Source of the DNA: Anthoceros angustus
Lineage: Eukaryota; Plantae; Anthocerotophyta
Assembly (NCBI GenBank): GCA_010909165.1
Contig: MU008188.1
Location: forward strand, 62,001 to 126,000
DNA length: 64,000 bases
Reading direction: 5' to 3'
Made by a program: the position numbers and the translations under genes. Below, piece after piece: positions 12,901-25,899 of the stretch (positions within the stretch are counted from its first letter, which is position 1; each line of letters begins with the position of its first letter). Below the pieces are notes generated by a model, which did no database searches, was not told where the DNA came from, and saw only the letters and a list, made by a program, of their open reading frames with translations.

Positions 12901-15115
12901 AGAAAAGCGAAGGGCGGTCAGTATGCATCGGGGAGAAAGCTCCGCCGCCCGGAAGGACCATTTTCCCATGCCCTTTGTAGGCGACATCTTGGACAAGGTG
13001 GCGGGGACGGAGTACCTACTCCTTCTTGGATGGCTACTCGGCTACAACCAGCGCACCTAAGGGAGTGGGATAAGACAATTCACCGGAGTGGGGGCGTTTG
13101 CCTACAAGCAGCGCCTTGGGATGGCAGGAGCACCGGATCATTTATGCGGATGGTGACCAACGTCTTAGGATTTTGAGGACTTCATGGAGGTGTTCTTGGG
13201 CGACTTTGCGTGCGGAGGAGGACAAACACGTTGGACATCTGCGGAAGTGCTTGGAGCGACTGTGTGCACATCAGAATGCTACTTGGTATGCGGAGGGAAT
13301 CTTGTTGGGACAGCGTGTCGGGAGAGGATAGAGGTGGATCAAGACAAGGTGAAGGTCATCATCCTGCGGCCGCCTCACGAACTTGAAGGAGTTCTGAGTT
13401 CACAGGCATGGTGGGTTACTATAGGCGTTTCATCCAAGACTTTCAAAGCGGGCCCAAGCTAGCTACTCGGGAAGGAGGAGAATGGCACTGGACACCAGAA
13501 AGGGAGGCATTCGAGACCTACAAACCACTCGATCGGTGCCCAGATTGAAAGGTGGGAGGGAAGCGATTCCATGTGTATGTGGATGTGTCGGCCTTTGCCA
13601 TTGGGTGTGCTCGGCCAAAAGGGCGACAAGCGGAGGATCATCAATCTACTGGCGGAAGAAGGCGGCTCACGCGGAGCGGTACACTACTACGGGCGTTGGG
13701 GATGGTATCTGATTAAGAAATTCGACATTACCTTCGCCCAATGAGTTTGTGTTTTATGTTGATCACTTGGCTCAAGCATTTGGTGAACAAAAGCGGACTT
13801 GTCCGGGCGGTGCGAGGTGGATTACAGCTGAGGAGTTCACATTTGAGGTGGAGACGGGCGGCGGCACCAGCGACTTCTTGTCTTGTCAGTTAAAGCGGGC
13901 ACATCTGCAAGATCGGGAGGGCGCCTTCCGGATGAGGAATTGGTGGCGGCGATAGAGGAAGAGTGCGGTAGGACAAACCCTGAAATGGCGGACCACCGGC
14001 GGAGAAGGAGGCGGGCCGGGGGCCCTCTTATGGAGTTGGAGCAGTACCTATGGGAGATGGGAACTAAGCGGATTGGCGGGTCGAGCCTTTGTGCACTCAC
14101 TGCCCTTTTTAGGTTGTATAACGCATCTTTAAGGTGGGGGACGTGGAGCAGGTACCTCCAGCAGTGAGGCGGAGGTGGTAATAAAGGGATGCACGAAGGA
14201 CGGTGGACATTATCGTAAGTCACCACCAAGAAAATCTTGGAGGCTGAATGCGGTGGCCCACCATGTATGGAAACACACCAATTGTGAAGAGTGTGATGCT
14301 TGTCGTGGATCGGGCGGCCCACAACAATGGCCGTTGGTGCCCCATGGCACTACGCCTTTTGAGAAGTGGGGCATCGACTTGGACCTATCGATAGGACACA
14401 CACAGCGGTACATCTTGGTGGCAGCGGACTCGCACCGGTGGGTGGCGGTCGCTACTAGCGGACTCTGCACGGTGGCCAAATTCCTCTCTGAAAACATCAT
14501 CACAAAATGGGTGTCGTTGCGGTGAGCGATGGGGATTTCCTCAATGATGTGATAGCGCAATGACGGACTATTTTGGCATCACACATAAGCGGCCCCTAGG
14601 CCAGCTTGTGGAGAAGACCAGCTTATGCATCTCAATAAACTACGGTTAACTATGCTCGGGATACAAAGCTACCATCGGTAGCTATGGGCCTTGAGCGGCG
14701 AAGGTAACCGAACTCCGTATTACACCTATGGGCACTCACCCGTTATGCGGTGAGTTTGAGGTGCCAACACTCATCATGATGGAGAGGCGCTTAACGGATG
14801 AGAGCCAAGCTGGGCGCTTGCTAGGGTTTGTTCGCATCTGGAGGGTCGGGAAGAGCGCGCGGATGCAAGCAGTGAGAATCAGCAAGTTGTGCAGGAGGCT
14901 CGAGTATGTGAAGGAGGAGATTTGGCCCTTCTTTATGACGCCGCCATATGCACTTCGGGTAAACTCCACCTTGATGGATGGGACCTTACCAAGTGGTATG
15001 TCATATGGGTCAGTTCAACCCGGCGGTTGGATGGTGGTGCCCACTCGGGTGAGCAGGTGGCGGTGAAAAAGTATCATGCCTAGTGTTGGCGGGCGTAGCG
15101 GATGAGAAGGGAGTA
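9911..15115 (+). mobile_element. Ty3/Gypsy element B internal region: degenerate gag-protease-RT-RNaseH-integrase plus PPT
   Basis: gag at about 9972-11620. Protease VEIAGC..LDTG..VNLITE at about 11930-12010. RT KDHFPMPFVGDILDKVAG..DGYSGYNQ at about 12955-13050 and MEVFLGDF at 13184. RNaseH at about 13450-13960. Integrase PFEKWGID at about 14355 with a GPY-like tail to 15083. PPT GATGAGAAGGGAGTA at 15101-15115. Many frameshifts. Confidence 0.9.
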
Positions 15116-16540
15116 TGTGGACTACGGACTTCCCTTGGGGGTTAGAAATAAGTGGGTTTTGTTTTTTCGTAGGTTGAATAGTAAAATAAAGGCGGAAAAG
15201 GAGGAATAAGCGGATGGTGCTCGGGGCACTCGGAGTATACTCCGGACTCGGGAGTGACCCGGGCTATGAGCTGGGACTACATGGGAGTAGCAGGATAAGT
15301 CCGGACCCACTCAGGGTCAAGCAGGATAAATGCGCCGAAGTAATTTAAGTTGAGTCGTGAGGGACGGACTAAGCGGCGCCACGTGGGGCGGCCGAGTGGA
15401 GGTCGGGCATCGGCAGCGGGGCCTAACCTTGCGAGTTATAGCGGTATTCACGCCCAGGGCGCGGCGTAAGGCAGCTGCAGCGTAAGGCGCTGCAGCGGGC
15501 GTAAGGTCGAGTAAGCCATGCAGACCTGGCGATTCAGACGGGAAGAGGCACCTTCCGCCCAGTTACTCAGCAGCCGAAGAGGTCATTTCTGTGCGACCTC
15601 GAGACAATTCTCGCGATCTCTTGCGCTCATAACCCGGCTCTCTGGCGCTATCTCTTTGAATGCTCGGGCATCTTGGCGCGCGGCTCACGTTGGGGTTGGG
15701 CGGCGGCGAGAGGCGCATCGTGCCGGCGGTCTCCAGCGGCTCTGACGAAGGGAGAAGATGGCACCCAAAAACTGCGGAAGTTTGGGAGCCATGGAACCTG
15801 AGGCGCAACATTGTGACAGCTATCGGACTTTGGGCCATGGAGGCGGGAGGATTAGTCGAGAGTGGCATAGGCGTGTTCGGTATGCGGGCGTTTGGCGTCA
15901 CTCTGGTCGGAGATCGCCCGGGAAGATGTTGGCGGCGGCCAAGGAGTTCGATCCAAGAACCTCGGGAGGATCGATGGACCTTGGAGGTCACGAGGCGGCC
16001 TACAACCCAGCGGAGGATGGGGGCGTGGTCGAGCCCCTCAAGGCGAAGATAGAGGCGGCAAGGGCGGCGTCTGAGGCCGGAGCGGCGGACAACCAGGTGG
16101 TTGATATCGGACTGGACAGTGAGTGGCTGGCCGGATCATCGTCCACGGAACTTGCTCGGGTGGATCACCTTGGTGATAATTTCTTGTGTTCTGCATGCGT
16201 TGCGGCGTGGGGAAGAGGCGGATGAGGAAGGATCATCTTGGGATTCGTGAGGCCTGAGAGAAGCCCTCGGCTCGGACTATCCCCATACCGATCCATGTAT
16301 GGGGACATTACAACTTCAAGGATGGGGAGATAGAGCGGCGCTCGGAAAGGTTGGCCCTACCGAGCGGTGAGCAGGCGCGGGGAGAGGCCCACAGGGCCAA
16401 ACGGTCGAGGAGAGGACGATCGGGAAGGATATCGGACTCCATACGTGAGCGGGCCTCACCACCTGTGGGAAGATATCCCGCTTCCTCCTCTTAAACTCAT
16501 GGGCGAGAGATCTGGACGAGGAGGCAGGCTGCCACAATCT
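15116..16540 (+). repeat. 3' LTR of element B (5' half only, truncated near 16540)
   Basis: Starts TGTGG immediately after the PPT. Homologous to the reverse complement of 3400-4232 and 24700-25668. Confidence 0.75.
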
Positions 16541-17769
16541 AAACAGAGGATTGGACTTGGGCTTGCCGCCTCCTCTCCTTGGCCTTGAATTGGGCTTCTT
16601 CGCCTTCTCTCCTTGGCCTTGACTTGGTCCCCTCTAGTCCTCAAGCCTTGGGACTGGGCCTCCTGGCCTTGGGCCCCTCCTAGGCCTCAAGCCGGGGCAC
16701 ACTTTAGAGAGTCCCTTGCCCACTTGTTTAAAGAGCTAGGTCGCCGCCTAGCACGGCCTAGCACGCTTAAGGTCGCTTAGCATCACCTAAGATCGCCTAG
16801 CCACCTAGCATCGCCTAGCATCACACTGCTTCAGCACTACTTACCCAGTGCACACACGGATCATAGCTTGTAACAACAGGAGGAGTAGTCATGACCGGGC
16901 ACAAACACACCTCCCCACGAGAACAACACACAAATTCCTCACACATTGCTCCTGAGTCATGGCTTGGCCTCCTCATAACACCCTTGCATCAGATATCTAG
17001 AGGACAAGCCACATCCGAGCTTGTCCTTAAGGGTTTGTATACTAGCCGCCTCGCATCGGCATATTCCTAAGATATCCTATTGGCATCAAAGATACGCTCG
17101 GAAATATCCTAAGAATACACTATAATATGCAAGGAATATGCTAAATCATATTACTTGAGCTTATCCAAGCTAGCTATTGTATCCTAAGAATACACTATAA
17201 TAAGGAATATGCCAAAGCATATTACTTGAGCTTATCCACTTATATATTACTAACCATGTTTAATTAACACTAATCAATGCTTAATGAACATAAGCACCTT
17301 TTGAATTAATACTAATTACTTACTTAAAGATAAGTAATTAGATTAATTAATGATAATCAAACACTAAACCCAAGTGCAGAGATTAGTATCACACGACATG
17401 ACATCGAGGAGTTCCCTTGTGATGCGGAGCTCCTCCCTAAGTCCTCTAGCCACGTTATCCCATTCCTGCTTCTCACTTGCTAGACCATCGGATTTCCCTT
17501 TGTAATACTCCTTCCGTTTGTCCATGGCTAGCAATCTCTTCTGTAGGAGGTCCTTTTCATCTTCAAGGTCATTCCGGCCTTCGGCTTTGGTAGTAGCCTC
17601 CTTCTCTCAATTCACCTCTCCTACCCTTTTAGGGCCGTTCTCAAACGTTCCTCCACACGATTCTTGGTGGCTTCCATTTCTTTAGCCTTCTTGGTGGGCT
17701 TCCCTAAGACTTGGTGTATCATCTCCCACACTTTGACCAATCGTGCGCCCAATGGAGTGACGCCGCACT

Positions 17770-18110
17770 CTACCAAGGTTTAGGCCATCCTTCAAGTCAA
17801 GGAGCCTACCAATGTTTCGCGCCACGAGCTTTCTTGGGTCTATGCACTACTCTGAGTATACATCCAAAGCTTCACACCAAGCCCCTAAACGACCCGCTGC
17901 GCAAGGATGTCAATTGGGAATGGACAGAGGCGGTTCAGCAAGCCTTCGAATCCTTGAAGGCAAGGCTGACCGAGGCACACGTCATGGCCAGGCCAGATTT
18001 TGGGAAGCCCTTTGTGGTCCACACTGACTAGAGCATCTTGGGACTTCGAGCGGTGCTGGCCCAGCTAGATGAGGAAGGGTAGGAGCGAGTGATCGCCTAT
18101 GCCCAAGAGG
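17770..18110 (+). mobile_element. Gypsy RT-C-terminus/RNaseH fragment
   Basis: RAFLGLC...PLNDPLRKDVNWEWTEAVQQAFESLKARLTEAHVMARPDFGKPFVVHTD...AVLAQLDEEG.ERVIAYA. Closely related to 35500-35750(-). Confidence 0.85.
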
Positions 18111-19037
18111 CCTCGTATTAGAGAGGAATTGCTGTAGCCACTAATGAGGAGCTTCCTAGAGAAAATCTTAGTGATCAATGGTCTGCAAGAATCCCTGGAG
18201 CTGCCTAGTTGAGGTGGGCCTACGGGATATTTGAGGACGAGAGTAAGGGCTTTGAGGGGGATCATTGAGTTTATGGTACGGCACAAGCCTTGTATTGAGA
18301 GAGCTGTGGAGAGCCTAGCTAGTGAGTTTGTTGCTGAGTGAAGGGCAGTAGCCAATTGGGTGTAGATAGCCAGACTCAAGTGTGTATTCTATGAATAAAG
18401 AGTAGCACCTTGAGGAGGTGGCCTACGAGTCGTCGATGGACAGCGGGCTACTTGGAGCCTAGTGTTGCGTCTTGAGATTGAGAGCTCTGAAAGTTGTGCA
18501 AGTTTCTCGGTGGAGTGATTGACGAAGTCCTAAGACCGTTGGAAGCCAGCACTTACCGCTTCCTTACCGGCTGCCTAGTGAGGGGCGTTAAAGGTAGTGA
18601 GTAAAGTATTCAGTGATTGCCCACGGAGTTGAATAAGCTAGATATTCAGATTTCTTTATGGCAGTCTCTACTTTTCCTGCCTGTATTTAGCAAGAGCGTC
18701 GATCTACCCCGATTGCGTTGTGTGTCATAGCTTGCTTTGACCAAGGGAGGGCACTCGGAATGAATGTGGTACTTGAGTTTTTAGGTGGCGAGCTATTCAG
18801 TAGAGGTAAAAACAATGGGCTTCACTTGTTGGCATCGTCGTTTTGTCTCTCTGCGCGTGATTCTCTGCACAGAGTTGGCTGGGCAAGCCCTGTGCGCCCT
18901 TCCACGCCTGCGAAGCCTGTGATGGATCTGTCGCTCTGTTGAATCGAAATTCGCTATCTGAATAGTTTAGAAACCACAGTGCGATGGGTTTCCGGTCCTT
19001 ACATTACGGATAAAGGTCCTTGGACTTGAGGACCAGG

Positions 19038-22000
19038 ATGTGGGAACTGCTATTTCGGCATACCGTTCATCGGTCCGCTGATTGCACTGGATGTAACTGT
19101 AGTAGACCGCTTGTTGGTGGCTATGTTGTCGAGAATAATCGCCAGCTCAGCACCGGAAGGTTGGCCGCAAAATGGTGGGGACGCTCGAGCAGCAGTTTAG
19201 TCCGCCCCACGACGGTGTTCGCCAGTCAGGGCCGAAGATTTGGGAAAATGTGGTGGTACAACCAATTACTGGTCCTATGGTTTATTGTGGGGTTCTGCAG
19301 CTCTGTGTTCTTGTATCATCATCTCGATACTTCAAATCTGGAGCGCCGACAGGAGACTCTCTCAAGTATGTGCGATGAACGGGCCCGGATGCTGCAAGAT
19401 CAATTTGTTGCAAGTATGAATCACGTCCGAGCGCTTACAGCACTGGTCACTACCTTTCATCTTGAAAAACAGCCATCAGCATTAGACCAGGTGAGAATTG
19501 TATCAGCTAGGTTCGTCTCCTGCTGTCGATAACACGAAATTGGGTACCTACTCAGACAACGTGCATTTTGGACTTTACTGAGAATTGGCCAAGGGCTCCT
19601 CAGTTCTCAACTTCCCTGATACGGTCTCGCTTGTGTTGTTGCGTTTGCGCAGAAAACTTTTGCTACCTACGCTGCCAGGACAGCGTGTGAACGGCCACTT
19701 ATGAGTGGAGTAGCGTATGCGCAAAAAGTGCTTCATCAGGAAAGAGAGGCTTTTGAAAAGGAGCAAGGGTGGAGTATTAGAAAGATGCACTCCAGGGACT
19801 GGCAGCTTGTAGAAGATGAGTATGCGCCTGCTACCCTGACACAGGATACAGTTGGGTATTTGACATCGCTAGACCTCATGTCGGGCCAGGTAATATACTT
19901 CTGAGTGGTTCGTAGTCGGCTCCTTGAGGTTCTGGCCAACCATCTTATGATAACACGTTATCATGGTTATGTAGGAGGATAGGGAAAATATCTTACGTGC
20001 CAGAGCGTCAGGCAAGGGTGCATTGACAAGTCCCTTCAGGCTTCTTACAAACCACTTGGGGATTGTATTTACTTTCGCTGTGTATACGGACGATCTCCCT
20101 CCAGATGCCACCCCTGAACATCGGATTGCACATTGTGCTGGGTAGGTGCTTTGTCCACTTATAACACAAGGATGCCTAATGTGCGCATGTAGACAGAACT
20201 TTTCTTCTATGACTCAGCACATCAAGCACTTCGTTTTCCACTGTGCTAGAGGTCACAATTGTGTTCGGTGAATGTTGCAGCTATCTTGGTGGGGCATTTG
20301 ATGTGGAGTCCCTAGTGGAAAAGTTACTGCGGCAGCTTGCTGGAAGTTCCACAATTGTGGTTAACGTTTATGACACTACCAACCATTCACTTCCACTTGT
20401 CATGTATGGATCCTCTCCTGACAATGAGAACCACTACGTTAGCAGCTTGGACTTCGGAGATCCTTTACGAAAGCATGAAATGCGATGCAGGTAAGTATGG
20501 TGAAAGAAGCCTGTAGATTTATTACAGTTCTGTCTGGATAATTGACCCTGCGTCACTGTACAGGTTTGTGGACCCACGACCTGTGCCATGGTCAGCCGTA
20601 TGGGCATCTGTTGGGCTTTTTGTAATCTTCCTGCTACTTGGTCAAATCGGGTTTGCAGCTTTGCGAAGAATTTCCCAGGTGGAGGAGGACTATAAGAAGA
20701 TGGAAGAATTGAAGCTACGAGCAGAATCTGCTGATGTTGCTAAGTCTCAGGTGAGGTGCATCCACTCAGTCCACATGTGTTGCTTTTATAGTTGCGGTGC
20801 TGACTCTCAACATGTTTTACTCTTGCCTGATGTGGGCTACTGTGCTGAACCTTATGCAGTTTCTTGCAACAGTCTCCCATGAAATTCGCACTCCAATGAA
20901 CGGAGTACTTGGTAAGCAGAGCGAAAACTGAGTGTCTTGTTTGACCTCTTGAGTAGCTTGGTGATAGTCAATCAGTGATAAGACCTAAAAGGCTGCATGT
21001 TGTACAGGCATGCTGCAGATGCTTATGGACACAAGTCTAGATTCGACTCAGATGGATTATGCGAGAACAGCTCAAGCTAGTGGGCAGGCATTGATCACTC
21101 TTATAAATGAGGTTCTGGATCAAGCGAAGATTGAATCTGGACGGCTTGAACTCGAGGCTGTCCCTTTTGATTTAAGTGCCATTCTTGATGACGTTGTGTC
21201 TTTGTTTTCATCCAAGTCACGCGACAAGCACCTTGAGGTTCTTCCTCACTCTACTTGTTTGGAGGACATAAACTTTTGTTATGTGGGTTTCCTTGAAGTC
21301 TTTTGAGCTTGCACGTGCCTCTGATTTTTTCCTGGACCGTTTGCAAGCTATTGATGGAGTGAATGCTTATTTTAAAGTGTGGTTGGTGTGTGAGCAGCTT
21401 GCGGTCTTTGTTTCGGACAGGGTGCCTCAGATGTTGGTAGGAGATCCAGGCCGGTTCCGACAGATTATCACTAATCTAGTGGGGAACTCTATAAAGGTCA
21501 GTGGTTGTTCGGATGGCCATCTTCGGTTTGATTGTGGTGATGTTGTGCACTTGTGTATGTCTGAAAAAGTAGCTAGTAGGCCGGCTATGTGTTGACTCAG
21601 TTGTTTAACCTCATAACTGGGTCACTCGGCCAGACTCTGTTGAATCATCGTAGGTGCGCCACATTGGTCTAGGTGTCGAGCTCCCTTGATCTTTGAGACC
21701 ATCACCCAATTAGCCTGCTGGGACCTTTCTGCTTACTATTTTTCAGAGGATGCTAACATTTTTTGTCATTAGTGGACCAAACTTAAGATTCTAGGTCTAT
21801 GGTTGTGCGCTTTCGGGAGATACTGCTTTGCATACAGGCCTTCACTGCATCGTTTCTCTTAGGCCCAAAATGGGAACTAAGGGAGTTGATTACGCTAGAG
21901 GTGATTAGAAATGACTGACGCAACTTGCATGCAGTTCACCGGACGTGGACACATTTTCCTTTGTGTGCACTTAGCTGAAGATATGGATACGGTGATGGAG

Positions 22001-23794
22001 GCATTGGAGCATGATAGCACCAGTCTCTGTTGTGAAGAGGGTACAGACGGTGTAATCCGAAAGTCTTGTGACTCGCTCAGTGGGTTTGAAGCTGCAGATG
22101 GCCGAAATTGTTGGAACACATTCAACCTCCTGCTACAGAAAGGGGGCTCATCGAGGGCAATCACAGATACATCTGGTAGTTCAGATGATAAAGTCACCTT
22201 GTTTGTTAGTGTGGAAGACACTGGTGTGGGGATTCCTCTTCATGCGCAGGAACGTGTGTTCACTCCCTTTATGCAAGCAGACAGCTCGACGTCACGCACG
22301 TATGGAGGAACGGGGATTGGACTGAGTATCAGCAGATGCCTTGTCGAATTGATGAGCGGCGAGATGAGCTTCATCAGCCAACCAGGAGTTGGAACAACGT
22401 TCACATTTACTGCAGGCTCAAAGGCAGCATCTGGCATGCATGAGGGCTTGAGGTACCCATTGCAGGTTTCAAACCAATTCACGGGTAAAAGAGCTCTTGT
22501 TGTGATGGAGGCCTGTCCGGCACATGTGACTCAGCAGCACTTGCGGCGGCTGGGAGTTCAGTGGATATAACCATATTCCCTCTGCCATGTCGTTCTTCAC
22601 GTGGCAAGCAGACATTGTATCATCAACAAACAGTCGGTATGCCATTACATATCCTAAGTAGGCTCTTTCCTTTGCTGTTTGCATGCCGTATTGCCAGCAT
22701 AGATCTTCAAACTGAGGACAGCTTTTTTGTTCTGATACAAGGTGGAGACTGTGTGTAGATAGTTACATTCCCAAGTGCAATCGAGTGTGTGGAACTTGAC
22801 TCTTTACGACCTTGTTCTTTGCCTTATTCTCTTTCAGGTCAACAAGCACTGTCGATATGGTTCTGGTTGACAAAGATTCCTTTGGTCCTGGTACTGGCCT
22901 TTCTTTTCCTCGACATATTCTACTATCAAATTTTAGGTCTGGGTCGTCTGTCAAACTGCCTGTCCTTATTCTTGTTGCCACCTCACTCACTGATGAGGAG
23001 CTACAACACGCAAGACGGGCTGGATATGAAGACTTTGTTATTCGAAAGCCTCTGCGGGCGAGCATGCTTGCTACCAGTCTTGAGCTGGCTTTAGGATTGC
23101 TCAGCAAGGGTGACCAAGGGAGGGAGCTCTCTCAAAGTTTCCTAGCTCTTCAGAAACTTCTTTCTGGAAAATGTATTCTGGTGGTGGATGATAACATAGT
23201 CAATCGCAGAGTAGCTGGAGGGACACTCTCGAAGTATGGAGCCAAAGTTGAATGTGCTGAAAGTGGGAAGGCTGCAATCAAGATGCTTCAACCACCCCAT
23301 GACTTTGATGCCTGCTTTATGGATGTTCAAATGCCTGAGATGGATGGGTAAAATCACGAGCCTCCTTTTTGCTAGGCGATTAAGTCGTCATTGTTTTGCC
23401 ATTTCCAAGGCTGTCATCCAATTCCAGCTGTGAAGCTAGTTCACATCATCCAGCTGATTATATTTTGAGATTGTTCGGTTTCTAGCTTATATCTGGGCTG
23501 ACATAGCCGGCTTGTTTCTCATCTTGTGATCGCATGTGCAGTTTCGAAGCCACGAGACACATTCGTAAGGCGGAGTGGGCAATCATGCAAGGACTCACTA
23601 GTGAGATGAATGGAAACATAGTGCGGAAGTCTGATACATGGCATACACCGATACTGGCAATGACTGCTGATGTAATACAAGCCACACATGAGGAATGCTT
23701 GCGCTCTGGTATGGATGGCTATGTTGCTAAGCCTTTTGACGAGGACCAGCTGTTTAAAGCCGTATCACAGTTTTTTCAATCTTCCAAAGTGTGA
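19038..23794 (+). CDS. CHK: CHASE-domain hybrid histidine kinase, cytokinin receptor (CRE1/AHK2-4 family)
   Basis: Spliced model with GT-AG introns and consistent phases. Exons: 19038-19490, 19653-19889, 19975-20141, 20281-20490, 20564-20750, 20860-20911, 21008-21237, 21398-21496, 21935-22636, 22838-23347, 23542-23794. Features include a TM segment, CHASE ([34 protein letters not shown]), H-box [10 protein letters not shown], HATPase ([26 protein letters not shown]), a receiver-like domain (VDMVLVDKD) and a receiver ([21 protein letters not shown]). The start codon is uncertain, and exon 9 has apparent frameshifts near 22500-22580. Confidence 0.95.
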
Positions 23795-24599
23795 AGATTT
23801 TTATTGATTGATTGGATATGTTGTTAAGCCTTTTGACGGAAACTTCCTTCACTTCACAAAACTAAGGTTTACGACGAAGACCAGCGGTTGAACCTGCAGA
23901 TCACTTTTTTACTCCACTCGATTGAGAATATTTTCTCTTACGTTGAAGAGTTTGTTACAAGGAACTGGGTGTTCCTTCCCTTGAAACCATGACCGCGGTG
24001 AGAACTTTGTACACCAAATCTGAACACTGGTGTATTACATTTTTTATGAGAGTCGTCCTCGTGTCACTCCCAGGTTGGACCGGACTCATGAAAGGATGTG
24101 GAAGACTCACAACTACATTATAAAAGGATGCGTTAGGCTTGAAATAACTACGCATGCCGATCGCAGCGAGGTGATGTGCAACTCAAGTTTGACAACGGAT
24201 CTTCATTCATGTCAAGGACGTTAGGCATGTTCCGTTGACAAAGAGCATGATTAGCGCAGATGCTTGATGATGCTGGTTACCATCACCGGTTTGGGGATCA
24301 CTTTGGAAGATCTCCAAAGGTTCTTTGTGTTAGCTCGTGGATCAAGTGTGGCACTTTGTACTCACTTCGTGTAAACATCACAAAGATCATGTGATCTGTA
24401 ATGAGCAGCCAAATGTTTCCTTGTGGCATTGCTTTAGGACATATGTCTCAAGGGAATGAAGGTTTTATCTCGCTCGTTATATCCTCGTTTAACTTCTCCG
24501 ATCTCGATGTGTGAGCACTTATATGGGAAAATGTATAAAAATCATCACATCGAACAAGAGGTAAAGGTAGGAGTAAACCTCTTGAGTTGGTTCACAGCG

Positions 24600-25668
24600 G
24601 CGATATATGACCTATGCCTACCCCACGCCATCATTTATTAGGTCAGACGCTACGAATATCTAAGAGAGCCTGTTTCGCCCTGCTCACTTATGAAGTGAGC
24701 ACCAAAGTATGCTTGCAACCCCAAAGTCGGGTGGTATATCCCGGTGACAATGTTGCGGCCCAAGCGCCACATTGCCCCTCCCACTACCGCCTTCGGGTCC
24801 CATCGCCGCTCTTTCTTCGCTTTACCGGCCGCTGGCGATCATTGTGTCGTAATACCCATCGCCTGGCTGCCGCTTTGCCGCTTGTCATTCCAACCATGAC
24901 TAATGAGCCGAGCTGCTGTGAGAGTGCTCGGAAAGGACCAAAAGATAGCGCTAAAGAGCCGGTGTGATCTGGAGCGCGAGACTACGAAACCGGCCGCGAG
25001 GTCACGAAAATTTTCCCTAAAAACGGCTCCTTCCGCGACGCTCGGGAGAAGCTGGCCGAGCTGGGAGGGTGTCTCTTCGCGCCCAGAATCGCTGAGGTCC
25101 GCATGGCCGATTCATTCTCACCTGGCACGCCCGCGCTTACTCGCCTTACGCCGCCACGCGATTTAGCCTTTACGCCGGGCTGCGGCTGCACTCCGAGCGT
25201 GAATACCGCCTATAATCTGCCCACTCCGGCAGCCCTATGGTCCTAGTCTCACGCCGCATGCCACTGCTCACCTCTCGCACTGCCCCACATGGGCCCCTGC
25301 CTCGCCTAAAATACGCCCAACTCCTAAGTTACTTTACATTTTTATGCATATCTATCCCCGCCCCTACTCCCGTGGAGAGCGTGGTCCTGATTTCACACCG
25401 GATCTGAGTGTGGTCCGGACTACCCCATGCATCTGAGTGTGGTCCCTGGATTGCGCCCCAAGAGACCCGGAGGTGGTCCGGACCTCCCCTCGTAATGTAG
25501 TCCCGAGGCTCCTCCCGAGTGTGCTCAAGTCCTTTAGCCTACTCCAAAGTGCACTCCGGAGTATTCCGAACTTATTTCTTCTTTTCCGCCTCATTTTCCG
25601 CTCCACGCCTACGAAAAACAAAAAAACCTGACCCATTTCCTACCTAGAGGGAGAGTCCATGGTCCACA
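24600..25668 (-). repeat. LTR fragment (5' part) of the A/B Gypsy family
   Basis: Minus-strand start TGTGGACC at 25668. Homologous to 3750-4232 and 15116-15600. Contains a third copy of the W(R/N)LxRNIVT motif at about 24743-24770. Confidence 0.75.
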
Positions 25669-25899
25669 GGTGGAGGCCCAGAATCACGAGAGACCGGACC
25701 CCTGTCCCGGATCCGAGGCAAGACCGACTCCCAGGTCCCGGGATCAAGCAAGACCGGGACTCAAGTCCTGGACGCAGGAGGGGGGAGGGGTGAATGAGGA
25801 TCACCTCAAATTTTTCCACCTAAAAGTAGCTGGGTTCCTGAGTGGGAGTTCTAAGCAGGTGGTGACCCACCAACGAGTTAAGAGAGGGGGGCTACCAGG

